DNA from: an uncultured Thermococci archaeon | Lineage (GTDB): Archaea; CAYQAE01; CAYVLA01 | Direction: 5' to 3' | DNA length: 64,000 nt | NCBI GenBank assembly: GCA_964549615.1 | Contig: CAZJVP010000072.1 | Coordinates: 1 to 64,000 of the forward strand | Shown here: positions 8,645-18,499 of the stretch, piece by piece | Numbering within the stretch: the first letter of the stretch is position 1 | Layout of the letters: every line of letters starts with the position of its first letter | Program-made: the position numbers and the translations under genes | Notes under the pieces: model-generated | What the model saw: only the letters and a program-made list of their open reading frames with translations | The model's database searches: none | What the model was told of the DNA's origin: nothing

Positions 8645-11600
8645 TCATGAGCCGGATACGGCCGCGACGCAATCCATCATCTCTTTACGCACCTCGTTTA
8701 ACGTCTCGCCCAAGTTCTGGGGGATCTGCAGGAAGTTCATGACCTGATCGATGAACTTGGGCACACTGACCTCAATCAGGTGTCTGATCCGGCCCTTCAC
8801 GTCCTCGTCCACGTCCGTCTTCCCGGACGCCTCCAGGCATGCACGCAGGGCGGCCAGTATGCGGTAGTCCTCTATCCCTTCCCTCACAGCTTCCCAACGG
8901 CGGCTGGTGACCGGAGCGGTGCGGCCAGGATAAAGGATCATGTAGTCGTATCCCTCGGTGCGGGTCCAGGGGTCCTCGGTTCCCATTATGGAAGTCCAGA
9001 AGCCGATGCCGTTTACGCCGTAGCGGAACGCGAAGATGCCCGCGGCGCGATACTCGGCTACGAGGTCGCCGCCCTTGAGCGTGCGGCCGGCGGAGGTGCA
9101 GTTGGAATAGGAGCAGTTGTAGGACCATATCTCCTTTCCTGGGCCAGCCATGACCGCAGTCTTCTCGGGCTCCTGAGCAATCTGGTTGAGTCCTGGGCAC
9201 CAGATGTCGGTCACAGGAGCGAGAGCCTCGAACATCGCGACATCGCCGCCGCCGTTCACATAGATCCTGACCAGCGGGTCGGCTTCCTTGACCATCTTCC
9301 CGAACTCGACGAGCCTGCGAACAGCCGGCCACCCGATGCCGCCTGGCTCGTCGACGGGGTAGAGCGCGTAGTGCTGGCGATCAAACCCCAGCGACTGCAT
9401 GTGGGCGACGAGGTCGCTTAGGTACCCCTTCAACGCCTTCTTGTAGGCGGGGCTTCCGAACCCACAGGCCCCTTCCGCCGCCTCCAAGCTCGGATATCCT
9501 TGGAGAAGCACGACCACATCCTTCCCCCTGAGACGAGCTATCCGCGAATCCAGGCCAGAGTAGTCAAGCGGGCCGCAGAGCCTCCCATCCGCGCCGTACT
9601 TGGCGGAAGGGAGGCCGCCCACAGTATACACGTTGTTCCCGTGATCGAGCAACAGCCGGTATGTCGAATCGGCATAGTCCCTGAACTGCGAACTCTCAAC
9701 ATACGCCCACGTGCACAGCCGAAAGGCTCCAGGCGGCGCCATCTCGAACGGTATCACCTCAAGGGAGATCCTTACATGCGTCTCCGGGGCGGGCACCGCG
9801 CGTCTGTCCCTAGGCCCCTCGAGGACGCCGGCACCGTCGAGGGCCTGAATCCGCACCCTGACCTCGTGCTTGCCCGGGCTGACGGAGGCAAGATTCAGGT
9901 CCAGCCACACCTGAGCGTTCGACAATGAGGGAATCAAGACGGTGGATGACTGGTCGAGTTCGGGGAGCGCGTCGTACGCGATCTCGCCCATGGGGGTCGG
10001 CACGCCCACGACGTTGTGGATGGTAACCGACGGTCCGCCGGAATCGACCTCGGCATGGACGCGGGCCCTCAGCGTGCGGTCAGTGATGTTGAAAAGGTTC
10101 AAGACCACCGGCTCGTGTTCGCCGGGGACGGCGCGGCGGCCGATGGACAAGGGCTGGACTGCACTCCGTGGCACCTCGTCGGCCACCCCGAGGTTCTCCC
10201 ACGGATTGTCGGGCTCCGAGACGATCACGCTCGTCCCCGGCCCAAGGGACGCGGCCTCGCAGACCAGATCGGCGATCCGCATCGCCCGGAGGGCTGATGC
10301 CGAGAGAGCTGACGTGCGCTCCAGAACTTGGGTCCTCTCCGCCTCAGCGCCCCTCCCCGACAGGGACGCCTCCTGAGGCTGAGCCAGGGCACGAGCGCGA
10401 TCCTCAAGGAAGCAGGCCTCCCGTCTGAGGGCGGAAGCCGAGAGGGGCAGCGTTGCGTCAACCCTGTCGGCGGTTATACGCAGCTTTGCGACGGCCCGGG
10501 AAACGACCGAGCGGTCGTTGGAGAAGGGCTGGATGAAGAGTTCACGCGAACCAGATGCAATGGAGGTCCCGTTCGGATCGACCAGACACCAGGTGAAGGA
10601 GTATATCCCGGGCTGGGTTGCCTCAAGAGGCAGGACCACCTTGGCGTGATCCTCGCAGATTCCGACGGTGACGGACTGGGCCGATCCATCCGGCTTCAGA
10701 CAAGCCACGGTTGCCTTCAGGGGACGACCATCGCATGTGGGGTGTCTGACCGCGAATCTTGCGCCCTGGCCAGAGAGCATCTCGCCGGGGCACAGGTTCT
10801 CAGGCCACATCAGAGCCACCGATGCACGTTCCTCCCTGATCGCCGCGCCCGACATCGCAGAGTCGCGCCTGTACGAAAGCCAGCCCCTGGCATCGGGGCG
10901 TGCATCGGTCGAGAAGCACAGGACCTTCCCGGCCTCGCCCCCAGTGATCACCATCTCCAACCCCGTCGAACCGGCGTTCATTCTGCCGAACGCTGGGGTG
11001 GAGTTGATCGTGCGATGCCCAAACTGCTGGTCGAACAGCACTTCACCCCTCTGTCCGAGAACGAGCAACCTCCCGTTCTGAGTGCACAGCACGAATTCCC
11101 TCTGCCCGTCGGCATCGATGTCGAGTATCGCACCCGGAGCGAGCGTCCGGCCCTTCACGTCCAAGCACCAGAGTTGGGTTCCGTCCTCCGTGAACCGGTA
11201 GACCACGCCTCGTTCCGTGACGAGGAAGATGTCGGCCCAGCCGTCCCCATCAAAGTCTGCGACCGAGATGGACGAAGGCACCGGCCCATTGACGCTGCGC
11301 TGCCACAGCACATCTCCGCGGGCGTCAAGGCAGAATACCTGCCCCCCTGGCGTGCCCACTGCGACGCGCGGATGACCTTCGCTGGACGAGAAGACGACCG
11401 GGGCGCCGGTTTGCCAGGACTGGCTCGGGCCTCCGATCTTCCTGCTCCACAGAATCGACCCCTCCCCTGTGACCGCATAGATGTTGCCGCTTCCGGTGGC
11501 GATGACGATCTCCAACCGTCCGTCGCCGTTCAGATCCGAGACGGCAGGGCTCACCGGTGCACCCTCAACGCTCGCCTTCCATCTCACGGCGCCGGTCGAA

Positions 11601-12007
11601 GCGTCGAACGCCCAGACTGTGCCGTTTGCGTCCGTCTGAAGGACCTCCTGCTTTCCATCCCCTTCCAAGTCGCAGATCACCGCGGCCGACCAGCTCGTGG
11701 AGGAGCTCAGCTTGGCCCGCCAAACCTCCCTGCCCTCTCCGTCCAAGCAGTACAGATTCGCAGCGAGATCGGCCGCGTAGATCAGCCCGGGTCTGCCCTC
11801 GAGTCTTAAGACGGCCGGGTATGTGCAAAAGCGGCCCTGCGCCTCCCAGCGCCACTTCACCCTTCCGGCCCCGTCCAAGACTATGATCGAGGTTTGCCCC
11901 GCGACAACAGCTTCGTCCAAACCGTCTGCATCTACATCGGCGACGGTGGCTGCGCTCTCGATGAAAGTGTCGAGCGCCGCGGTCCAGAGGTGTCTTACCT
12001 TGAGCAT
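8645..12007 (-). CDS. PQQ-like/FG-GAP beta-propeller fused to a GH123/DUF4091-like glycoside hydrolase domain
   Basis: Repeated DxxxDG loops (DVDADG, DLEGDG, DLNGDG, DFDGDG, DIDADG) with G..LW blades. C-terminal PVDEP and SRRWEAVREGIEDY. Start uncertain (12007-12088). Confidence 0.8.
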   Translation of the reverse strand: MLKVRHLWTAALDTFIESAATVADVDADGLDEAVVAGQTSIIVLDGAGRVKWRWEAQGRFCTYPAVLRLEGRPGLIYAADLAANLYCLDGEGREVWRAKLSSSTSWSAAVICDLEGDGKQEVLQTDANGTVWAFDASTGAVRWKASVEGAPVSPAVSDLNGDGRLEIVIATGSGNIYAVTGEGSILWSRKIGGPSQSWQTGAPVVFSSSEGHPRVAVGTPGGQVFCLDARGDVLWQRSVNGPVPSSISVADFDGDGWADIFLVTERGVVYRFTEDGTQLWCLDVKGRTLAPGAILDIDADGQREFVLCTQNGRLLVLGQRGEVLFDQQFGHRTINSTPAFGRMNAGSTGLEMVITGGEAGKVLCFSTDARPDARGWLSYRRDSAMSGAAIREERASVALMWPENLCPGEMLSGQGARFAVRHPTCDGRPLKATVACLKPDGSAQSVTVGICEDHAKVVLPLEATQPGIYSFTWCLVDPNGTSIASGSRELFIQPFSNDRSVVSRAVAKLRITADRVDATLPLSASALRREACFLEDRARALAQPQEASLSGRGAEAERTQVLERTSALSASALRAMRIADLVCEAASLGPGTSVIVSEPDNPWENLGVADEVPRSAVQPLSIGRRAVPGEHEPVVLNLFNITDRTLRARVHAEVDSGGPSVTIHNVVGVPTPMGEIAYDALPELDQSSTVLIPSLSNAQVWLDLNLASVSPGKHEVRVRIQALDGAGVLEGPRDRRAVPAPETHVRISLEVIPFEMAPPGAFRLCTWAYVESSQFRDYADSTYRLLLDHGNNVYTVGGLPSAKYGADGRLCGPLDYSGLDSRIARLRGKDVVVLLQGYPSLEAAEGACGFGSPAYKKALKGYLSDLVAHMQSLGFDRQHYALYPVDEPGGIGWPAVRRLVEFGKMVKEADPLVRIYVNGGGDVAMFEALAPVTDIWCPGLNQIAQEPEKTAVMAGPGKEIWSYNCSYSNCTSAGRTLKGGDLVAEYRAAGIFAFRYGVNGIGFWTSIMGTEDPWTRTEGYDYMILYPGRTAPVTSRRWEAVREGIEDYRILAALRACLEASGKTDVDEDVKGRIRHLIEVSVPKFIDQVMNFLQIPQNLGETLNEVRKEMMDCVAAVSGS

Positions 12008-12237
12008 CGCGGCTTCGCCCTGGGTGCATGTGGCTGGCACGAGCGCGGTCGCCCTCGGCTTCATGCGATCTCCATCCGAACAGGCCATACAGTGACCAAC
12101 CCCCGCCAGTACGTCCGCAGAGGGGTATCTAGCCTTGACGGGACGTGCGCTTGATAATTGTCATCTGGGCATGCCGGCCGTCCACTGCCGACGTTGACGC
12201 CACTTGGGAAGGAACCTCGACGAGCGGGGATCGGCTC

Positions 12238-12810
12238 CTAGCTCTGCCCGTCCAAGGGCTTGGCCCAGAACCTGTAGGCGCACGTGGGGCAGGTGTTCCT
12301 GTAAGCATCGCCGAGGTGCACGGGGCTCCATTGCCTGTCGAAAACGGTTCCACATCTCGGGCACCGCGTCTTGCCCTGAGGCCTGGAACGTTCGCGCTGT
12401 GCAAGGTAGAGGGTCAGGAGGATGCTCCCCAAGATCGAGCCTATCAGAAGAATCCACAAGGCGGTCCCGGCAGCACCAAAGCTGCTCACGAAGTGGACTG
12501 AGATCGAGGCCCTCTCGGTTCGGTCCGAGAAGTACGCCACCGCCTCTATGAGGTGTGGCCCGTCCGGGTAGTCCGTCGTCCTGAACGCCCACCTGAAGGG
12601 CGGGCCCGTGAGGGCAAGTTGAAGATGACCGTCAAGGTAGAACTCCACTCTCGTTGCCCCTTCTGCCTTGACCCTCGCCGAGTAGCTGCCCTTGATCTTA
12701 CCACCCATACTCGTGCCGAACTCCCTTCGGAGCTTGAGCTCGATGGAACTGCAGCTTCCAGGAGACATCAGCAAGGCGATGACGAACGCGCCGATGAGAT
12801 ATCTTCGCAT
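12238..12810 (-). CDS. Membrane protein: signal peptide, Ig-like domain, TM helix, cytoplasmic zinc ribbon
   Basis: MRRYLIGAFVIALLM leader, VEFYLDG..PFRW..T..YPDGPH.IEAVAY, a TM segment, then CPRC...CPTC. Confidence 0.8.
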   Translation of the reverse strand: MRRYLIGAFVIALLMSPGSCSSIELKLRREFGTSMGGKIKGSYSARVKAEGATRVEFYLDGHLQLALTGPPFRWAFRTTDYPDGPHLIEAVAYFSDRTERASISVHFVSSFGAAGTALWILLIGSILGSILLTLYLAQRERSRPQGKTRCPRCGTVFDRQWSPVHLGDAYRNTCPTCAYRFWAKPLDGQS

Positions 12811-13334
12811 CTTCGTGCCCCCGCGAACCAGTTGAGCCACGTTGATGTCCGGGCATCCCTGAAGTATGTTGTTCCCTTGGGTTCTTGGGGCGACGACGTT
12901 CACGAGCTGCGTCGATGGGCGACCCTAGTCCCCGCATCCAAGCGGTCTCTCGAGAGGCCACAAAGCGCCGCGGAGCATCAGCGGAAAAGCGACATCAGAG
13001 CGGCCAAGCAAGGCCTTCCCGCCACGACCCCCCGGAATCAAGCTGAGGGTAGCTATTTAAGGTACGTCCCCCAACGAACTGCCGTCAAAGGCAAGGAACC
13101 GACTAAGTCGACGGAATCTGGGTCCCCGCCGACCTGGGAATGCGTTGTCTCCGTTGAGGCTGAGGGTTCCAGAGGAAAGAGTCCGGCCAAGAACGTCTGT
13201 TCTTCCCAAGCCCGGTGCTTTGGCTGCGCCGCGCCCGAACACCAGAAGGGCAGAGCTCGCGGCATCATGAGAGGGATGATAGTTTGGATTTGCTGAACTC
13301 GAAGCATCGACCTCAGGAACCCCTAGTCAATGAG

Positions 13335-14246
13335 ATGGACGCACCGCTTGAATGCCCCGAGTGTGGCTCGCTCAGGCATGCCTACGACCACAGCCGAGCG
13401 GAGGTCGTCTGTTCTGACTGCGGGCTTGTCCTCGAGGACAGGATAGCCGACCAAGGGCCGGATTGGAGAGGATTTGACAGCGACGAAAGGATGGCCCGCG
13501 AACACACTGGGCCCCCGATGACGTACACCATTCACGACGGGGGGCTCTCTGCCATGATAGATCCCCGCGACTACGACGCAGGTGGGTCGCCGCTGAAACC
13601 GGCGACCAGAGCCCAGATGTACAGGCTGAGGAAATGGGACAGGCGGGCCAGGGTATCCGGATCGGTTGAGAGGAATCTGTCCTGGGCTCTTTCCGAGTTG
13701 GACAGGGTTGCGGACCAGCTACGGCTTCCGCGCAACGTTCGTGAGGCCGCCTCGCTGCTCTACAGGAGGACCGTCGAGAATGGGTTGACGCGGGGACGAT
13801 CGATAGAATGCTCCACAGCCTCGTCTCTGTACATTTCCTGCAGGCAGTTCGGCATACCCAGAACCCTTGAGGAGATTGCCGAGGTCACGAAGTACGACAA
13901 GAAGGAGATCGGCAGAAGCTATCGACTGATGGCCAGGGACATGGGCATCCATCTTCCGCCCGTGAACGCGATGGACTATATCCCGCGCTTCACAAGCCTC
14001 CTGGGCCTTCCGGGAAGGGTGGGGACCAAGGCAGTTGCGATCTTGAAGGAGGTAATAGAGGAGGGAATGGGGTCCGGCAAGGGTCCGGCTGGCATCGCAG
14101 CGGCGGCCATCTACACTGCCTGCGTGCTTGAGGAGGCTCCGCGCACGCAGAAGGAGATCTCAGCGATCACCGGCGTCACCGAGGTGACCGTGCGCAACAG
14201 GTACAAGGACATCGCCGAGTATCTGGACCTCGATGTGGTGACCTGA
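13335..14246 (+). CDS. tfb: Transcription initiation factor IIB (TFB)
   Basis: CPECGS..VCSDCG zinc ribbon, RLRKW, ERNL..AL, RGRSIE, PRTLEEIA and GVTEVTVRNRYK motifs. Confidence 0.96.
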   Translation: MDAPLECPECGSLRHAYDHSRAEVVCSDCGLVLEDRIADQGPDWRGFDSDERMAREHTGPPMTYTIHDGGLSAMIDPRDYDAGGSPLKPATRAQMYRLRKWDRRARVSGSVERNLSWALSELDRVADQLRLPRNVREAASLLYRRTVENGLTRGRSIECSTASSLYISCRQFGIPRTLEEIAEVTKYDKKEIGRSYRLMARDMGIHLPPVNAMDYIPRFTSLLGLPGRVGTKAVAILKEVIEEGMGSGKGPAGIAAAAIYTACVLEEAPRTQKEISAITGVTEVTVRNRYKDIAEYLDLDVVT

Positions 14247-14489
14247 TTCCTCCCGCCACCGATCAAAAAAAGTCGGCCCATTCCCAGGCCACTCGGTGGA
14301 ACCCGGAACATGGGCCCTTCATCAATTGCTTCGGGATGGCACAGGACATGAGAGGTCTTGGACTTCTCACAAGAACGGGATGTATCTCGAACGAACCCTC
14401 ACGCCCTAAGAAAAGGGATGAAAGCAAACGCCCGTGAAACCCTGTTCCACGTTCTGTTCTATCCCTATCTCTTCCGATTGCTCTAGGCT

Positions 14490-14666
14490 CTAGAAACCTC
14501 TTCTAGCTGGCCTGTGCTTCCTGTAGCAGTCTTGGCAGTATACGGGTCGCCCCTCGGTGGGCTTGAACGGGACCTCGCACTCGTTCCCACAGTCAGAGCA
14601 CACAGCCTTGTGCATCTCTCTGGGGCCAGCGCCAAAACCGCTGAAGCTTCGCCTTCCATAACTCAA
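14490..14666 (-). CDS. CxxC-x17-CxxC zinc-ribbon small protein
   Basis: REMHKAVCSDCGNECEVPFKPTEGRPVYCQDCY. TTG at 14666 with an AAGGAG SD upstream. Confidence 0.9.
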   Translation of the reverse strand: MSYGRRSFSGFGAGPREMHKAVCSDCGNECEVPFKPTEGRPVYCQDCYRKHRPARRGF

Positions 14667-15158
14667 TTTCGTTCGCTCCTTAGGGGGGAACACTGACGCA
14701 TAGCATGCGCCAAGGCGCTCCCCCGGGCAGGCATCGCCAGAGAGGCCTAATAAATGAATGCATCCGGCTTCCTGAAAACACCATTATGTCTTCTCGAATG
14801 CCGTTTGCTGGGGAGGAGGCTCGAGCCAAAGCTCGGTGAGGCGAAAGCAGAGCTGAGGAGAGCTCCGAGGCGGCTGACGAGGTTGACCTGCCCGCGCGTC
14901 CGGCCGCTAGCAATCACGTTCCGCAGGCTGTCCGTCGACCACATCAAGGGTCCTTGATGCCGCCCCTGCACGGCGAGGCGATCCCCAAACGAATGGCCCA
15001 TGCAGGGCTCGGCTTCGGCCCTGGAGCGAGTTGACTTCTGCGCAGACGAACCCCTGAAGGAGCCGGTGGCAGCGAAGGCTGCGGCGACACACGCAGCCGG
15101 TGATCGGCTCAAATCCTGCTTGGATAGATATTTTGGCCGCCGAGCATCCGGCCCCTCC

Positions 15159-16781
15159 ATGACCGCCTCTACGACCATATCGCAATCCGATTCTAACCCA
15201 CATCCCGGCACCGAGGAGTCACTTGACCCAGCTGACTGGGCAGCGATGCGAAGGCTGGGGCACAGGATGGTGGATGACATGATGGAATACCTGATGTCCG
15301 TGCGCGAGCGGCCCGTCTGGAGACCCGTGCCGGAGGAGGTTAAGGAGAGACTGCGTCGGCCCCTGCCCCTCGATCCGGAAGCCCCCGAAAGGATCTACGA
15401 GGACTTCACCAAGGACATACTTCCCTACCCGCTGGGCAACATCCATCCGCGCTTCTGGGGATGGGTGTGCGGAACCGGCACCCCGCTCGGGATGCTCGCC
15501 GAGATGCTGGCGGCCGGCATGAATTCGAACCTTGCCGGTGCCGACCATGTCGCAAACTACGTTGAGGCTCAGGTACTCCAGTGGTGCAAGGAAATGCTGG
15601 GCTACCCCCGTGAGGCCAGCGGCATCCTCGTCAGCGGCTGCTCCATGGCCAACCTGATCGGGCTGGCTGTCGCGCGGAACGCCGTGGCAGGTTTCGATGT
15701 GCGCAGGGAAGGGCTTCAAGGGGGAAACAGGAGGATCGTATTCTACTCGTCGACGGAGGCGCACGCCTCTGTCCAGAAAGCCGTCGAGCTGCTGGGACTG
15801 GGCTCGAAATCGCTACGCAAGATCCCGGTGGACGAGGAGTTCCGCATCCATATCGCATCGCTCAGGAGGGCTGTCTCGAGGGACCGAAAGAGGGGGTATC
15901 ACCCGGGATGCGTCGTCGGGAACGCGGGGACGATCAACACGGGGGCGATCGACGACCTCGATCGGCTGGCGGACTTCTGCGAGCGAGAGGATCTCTGGTT
16001 CCACGTGGACGGCGCGTTCGGAGCGCTAGCTGCCCTATCCGCCGAACTCCGCCACCTCGTCTCAGGGATCGAGAGGGCCGACTCGCTGGCCTTCGATTTC
16101 CACAAGTGGATGTACATGCCCATCGAGATCGGATGCGTCCTTGTGAGGAACGAGGCCTACCACAGGCAAGCCTTTTCGATCGTCGAGGGATACCTAGCCC
16201 ACGAGGAAGGAGGATTGGCGGGCGGGGCCCCGTGGTTTCACGAGTACGGTCTCCAGCTCACCCGAGGCTTCAGAGCGCTGAAGGCGTGGATGTCCATCCG
16301 GGAGCATGGAGTCAGGAAATACGGTCGCCTCATCAAGCAGAACGTCGAGCAGGCGCGCTACCTCGCACGGCTGGTGGACGGCTCAAAGGAGTTGGAGCGT
16401 CTAGCCCCGGTCCCGCTGAACATCGTATGCTTCAGGTTCAAGGAGGCGCCAGCCGGCGTTGACCTCGACGCGGTGAACCGCGCCATATTCCGTGAAATCT
16501 CGGAACGAGGCATCGCGGTTCCGTCCTACGCAAGGATCCGGGGCAAGTACTGCCTGCGGGTGGCAATAACAAATCATCGCAGCCGGAGGGAGGACTTCGA
16601 CCTGCTGGTACGCGAGGTCATCCGAATAGGCCGAAGCATCGTCGGAAAGGCAATCCGAGAGGGAGAGGAGCACGCGAGGCGAAGCACCGCCCTAGGGCGA
16701 AACAAGCCAGGCCGAAGAGCCAGAGTGCCACGCCCTCATCCAGCTGCTCCCTCAGGGAGATGGGATAGGCGCACATGCTGA
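15159..16781 (+). CDS. Group II PLP-dependent decarboxylase (aromatic amino acid decarboxylase-like)
   Basis: HPRFWG, SGCSMANL, GTINTGAID, WFHVDGAFG and DFHKW (PLP lysine) motifs. Start uncertain. Confidence 0.92.
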   Translation: MTASTTISQSDSNPHPGTEESLDPADWAAMRRLGHRMVDDMMEYLMSVRERPVWRPVPEEVKERLRRPLPLDPEAPERIYEDFTKDILPYPLGNIHPRFWGWVCGTGTPLGMLAEMLAAGMNSNLAGADHVANYVEAQVLQWCKEMLGYPREASGILVSGCSMANLIGLAVARNAVAGFDVRREGLQGGNRRIVFYSSTEAHASVQKAVELLGLGSKSLRKIPVDEEFRIHIASLRRAVSRDRKRGYHPGCVVGNAGTINTGAIDDLDRLADFCEREDLWFHVDGAFGALAALSAELRHLVSGIERADSLAFDFHKWMYMPIEIGCVLVRNEAYHRQAFSIVEGYLAHEEGGLAGGAPWFHEYGLQLTRGFRALKAWMSIREHGVRKYGRLIKQNVEQARYLARLVDGSKELERLAPVPLNIVCFRFKEAPAGVDLDAVNRAIFREISERGIAVPSYARIRGKYCLRVAITNHRSRREDFDLLVREVIRIGRSIVGKAIREGEEHARRSTALGRNKPGRRARVPRPHPAAPSGRWDRRTC

Positions 16782-18270
16782 CGACGGAATCGTACAGACC
16801 CTGATCCATGGACAGCCTTGCCCTTTCGAGGAACATCTCGTGGCGGCTTGTGTCTATGCCCGCCCTCTTCGCATCCGATATGGCCGCTTCGGCTGCCATC
16901 AGGTAGGCCTCGGCCCTCGCCTTTTGCGCATTGCGGGTGGCGGTCCAGATCGTCTCCAGCAGACGCGAGACGTTCGCACCCATCTCCGCGAGGTAGGTCG
17001 CGTAGAGAGAATCCGTCAAGGACCTCAGATCACCCACGCGGCCCCCGACCTGCTCTGCGGAGGCGACGGTTGCATTGAGCTTATCGATCTCGACGACAAC
17101 CTCCTGTGGGAGGAAGGCCGTCAGGGAGTCCACGTCGACCCCGGAATCCCGAAGCAGGATCTCCAGACGAACCATGAGGGACAGGGTTGCGGCCATCACC
17201 CGATCCAGGGGCACGTACTTTCGGAAGAAAACCTCCAGGGCCGTGCGGTGCTGCTCAAGGATCCGGGGCTCGAAAAGGCTAAGGTAGGGCCAGGTGCTCG
17301 CCAGACGGGTGTAGTCGTTATTCGGGTCCACCGTTCCGTCCACACGCATCGCCAGGGCTATGCCGGTCCTGAACATGTTGGTCCCCTGCCAGATCCTCCT
17401 CTGGTAGGTATTGACCAGACGTCGCATGTCCGTCTCGTCGAAGACAAGTGAATGTTGAAAGGCCCTTATCATGAACTCGAGATCGATGGATCCGTGGGAG
17501 ATATCCTCAGCTCCAGCTTTCCCGATCTCATATGGCCAGGTGTAGCAGTCAAGCGCTTGGTCATATCTCAGATTGTTCTTGATCAGCCGCGCCATCCTCT
17601 TCGGCTTGTCCAGATAAGCGGGATCATGCAGGATGTCGTGGAGGATGAGCTCTGCATTCCCCAGCGCAGCGAAGCGATTGACGATCACCAGCTCGTCGCT
17701 TGTCGGGTCATTCCAGTAGTAGCCGGAGTCCTCCGTCACGTCGGTCCAGTAGGCATGGTGCCTGTCGACAACCCTCTTGACCAAGCCGAGGTATGAATCC
17801 GCTCTTTCTTTCAAGGTTGCATTTGAGGCGAGCTCGGGTCGCCCGTAGATCAGTTGGACGAGCTCGAGAAGCGGGACCGAGATCACGCCGTCATGGACCG
17901 TGAACTCGACGAAGTCATAATCGCTGGTCCCCCAGGTTTCGTTGTAGTTTCCCCAGGCTGGCTCGCCGTCGCCGTTGACGTCCGAGTAGTTGAGAAGGTG
18001 ATCGGCCCAGGAGACCGCCCTTTCGAGCCAAACCCTATCCCCCGTCAGGCCATACAGGGCCACGAATGCCCTCTGGGCATAGGAGAGACCCCAGGCAAAG
18101 GACCCCGGGTTGTAGGGGTCGTCCAAGAGTCGTTTCGACCAGACCTCCCAAGAGTTGATTGCGGCCTCCTGACACAGAACCATCAGGGGAATCCCATTGA
18201 TCTCCATCTCGCCGTGGCATGAGGTCAGCGCCACCAGCACCGCCAGCGCAAGAAACGCAGCCTTGGCCAC
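16618..18270 (-). CDS. Secreted, C-terminally anchored (alpha/alpha)-toroid glycosidase-like protein
   Basis: Signal peptide (GTG at 18270, TATA-like box at 18293-18300), LYGLTGD..WL..A repeats, EDISHG, helical stalk and C-terminal hydrophobic segment. Confidence 0.7.
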   Translation of the reverse strand: MAKAAFLALAVLVALTSCHGEMEINGIPLMVLCQEAAINSWEVWSKRLLDDPYNPGSFAWGLSYAQRAFVALYGLTGDRVWLERAVSWADHLLNYSDVNGDGEPAWGNYNETWGTSDYDFVEFTVHDGVISVPLLELVQLIYGRPELASNATLKERADSYLGLVKRVVDRHHAYWTDVTEDSGYYWNDPTSDELVIVNRFAALGNAELILHDILHDPAYLDKPKRMARLIKNNLRYDQALDCYTWPYEIGKAGAEDISHGSIDLEFMIRAFQHSLVFDETDMRRLVNTYQRRIWQGTNMFRTGIALAMRVDGTVDPNNDYTRLASTWPYLSLFEPRILEQHRTALEVFFRKYVPLDRVMAATLSLMVRLEILLRDSGVDVDSLTAFLPQEVVVEIDKLNATVASAEQVGGRVGDLRSLTDSLYATYLAEMGANVSRLLETIWTATRNAQKARAEAYLMAAEAAISDAKRAGIDTSRHEMFLERARLSMDQGLYDSVVSMCAYPISLREQLDEGVALWLFGLACFALGRCFASRAPLPLGLPFRRCFGLFG

Positions 18271-18499
18271 GGAATCGCCAGCCAGCTTGAAGGTATAAAG
18301 GTTATGAATGCCCGCCGATGTGCGGGGTTCAGTCCCGTCCACCGACGTTTCTAGCAGATCCCTCTCCGATGCCCGTCCTCTCATCAGATGGACGGAAAGT
18401 CAGCCCCGTCTTCCCCCGGGTATCCAAGCGGCCGGGGTCTCTCAACGCCCAAGACATCCTTCAATCAATCGCCGCTTCCGGTCGATCGCCCATCTTGGC

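Noticed and set aside
13172-13184. GAGGAAAGAGTCC resembling the RNase P RNA GAGGAAAGUCC motif
   Set aside because: It has a 2-nt insertion, and I found no matching 3' P4 strand or closing P1 helix.
13275-13296. Possible C/D box sRNA (GATGATA...CTGA) upstream of tfb
   Set aside because: Only one imperfect box pair, with no second guide or identifiable target.
18322-18343. GGGGTTCAGTCCC as a tRNA-Cys 3' duplicate (att site)
   Set aside because: The match is short and gapped, and no integrase is nearby.
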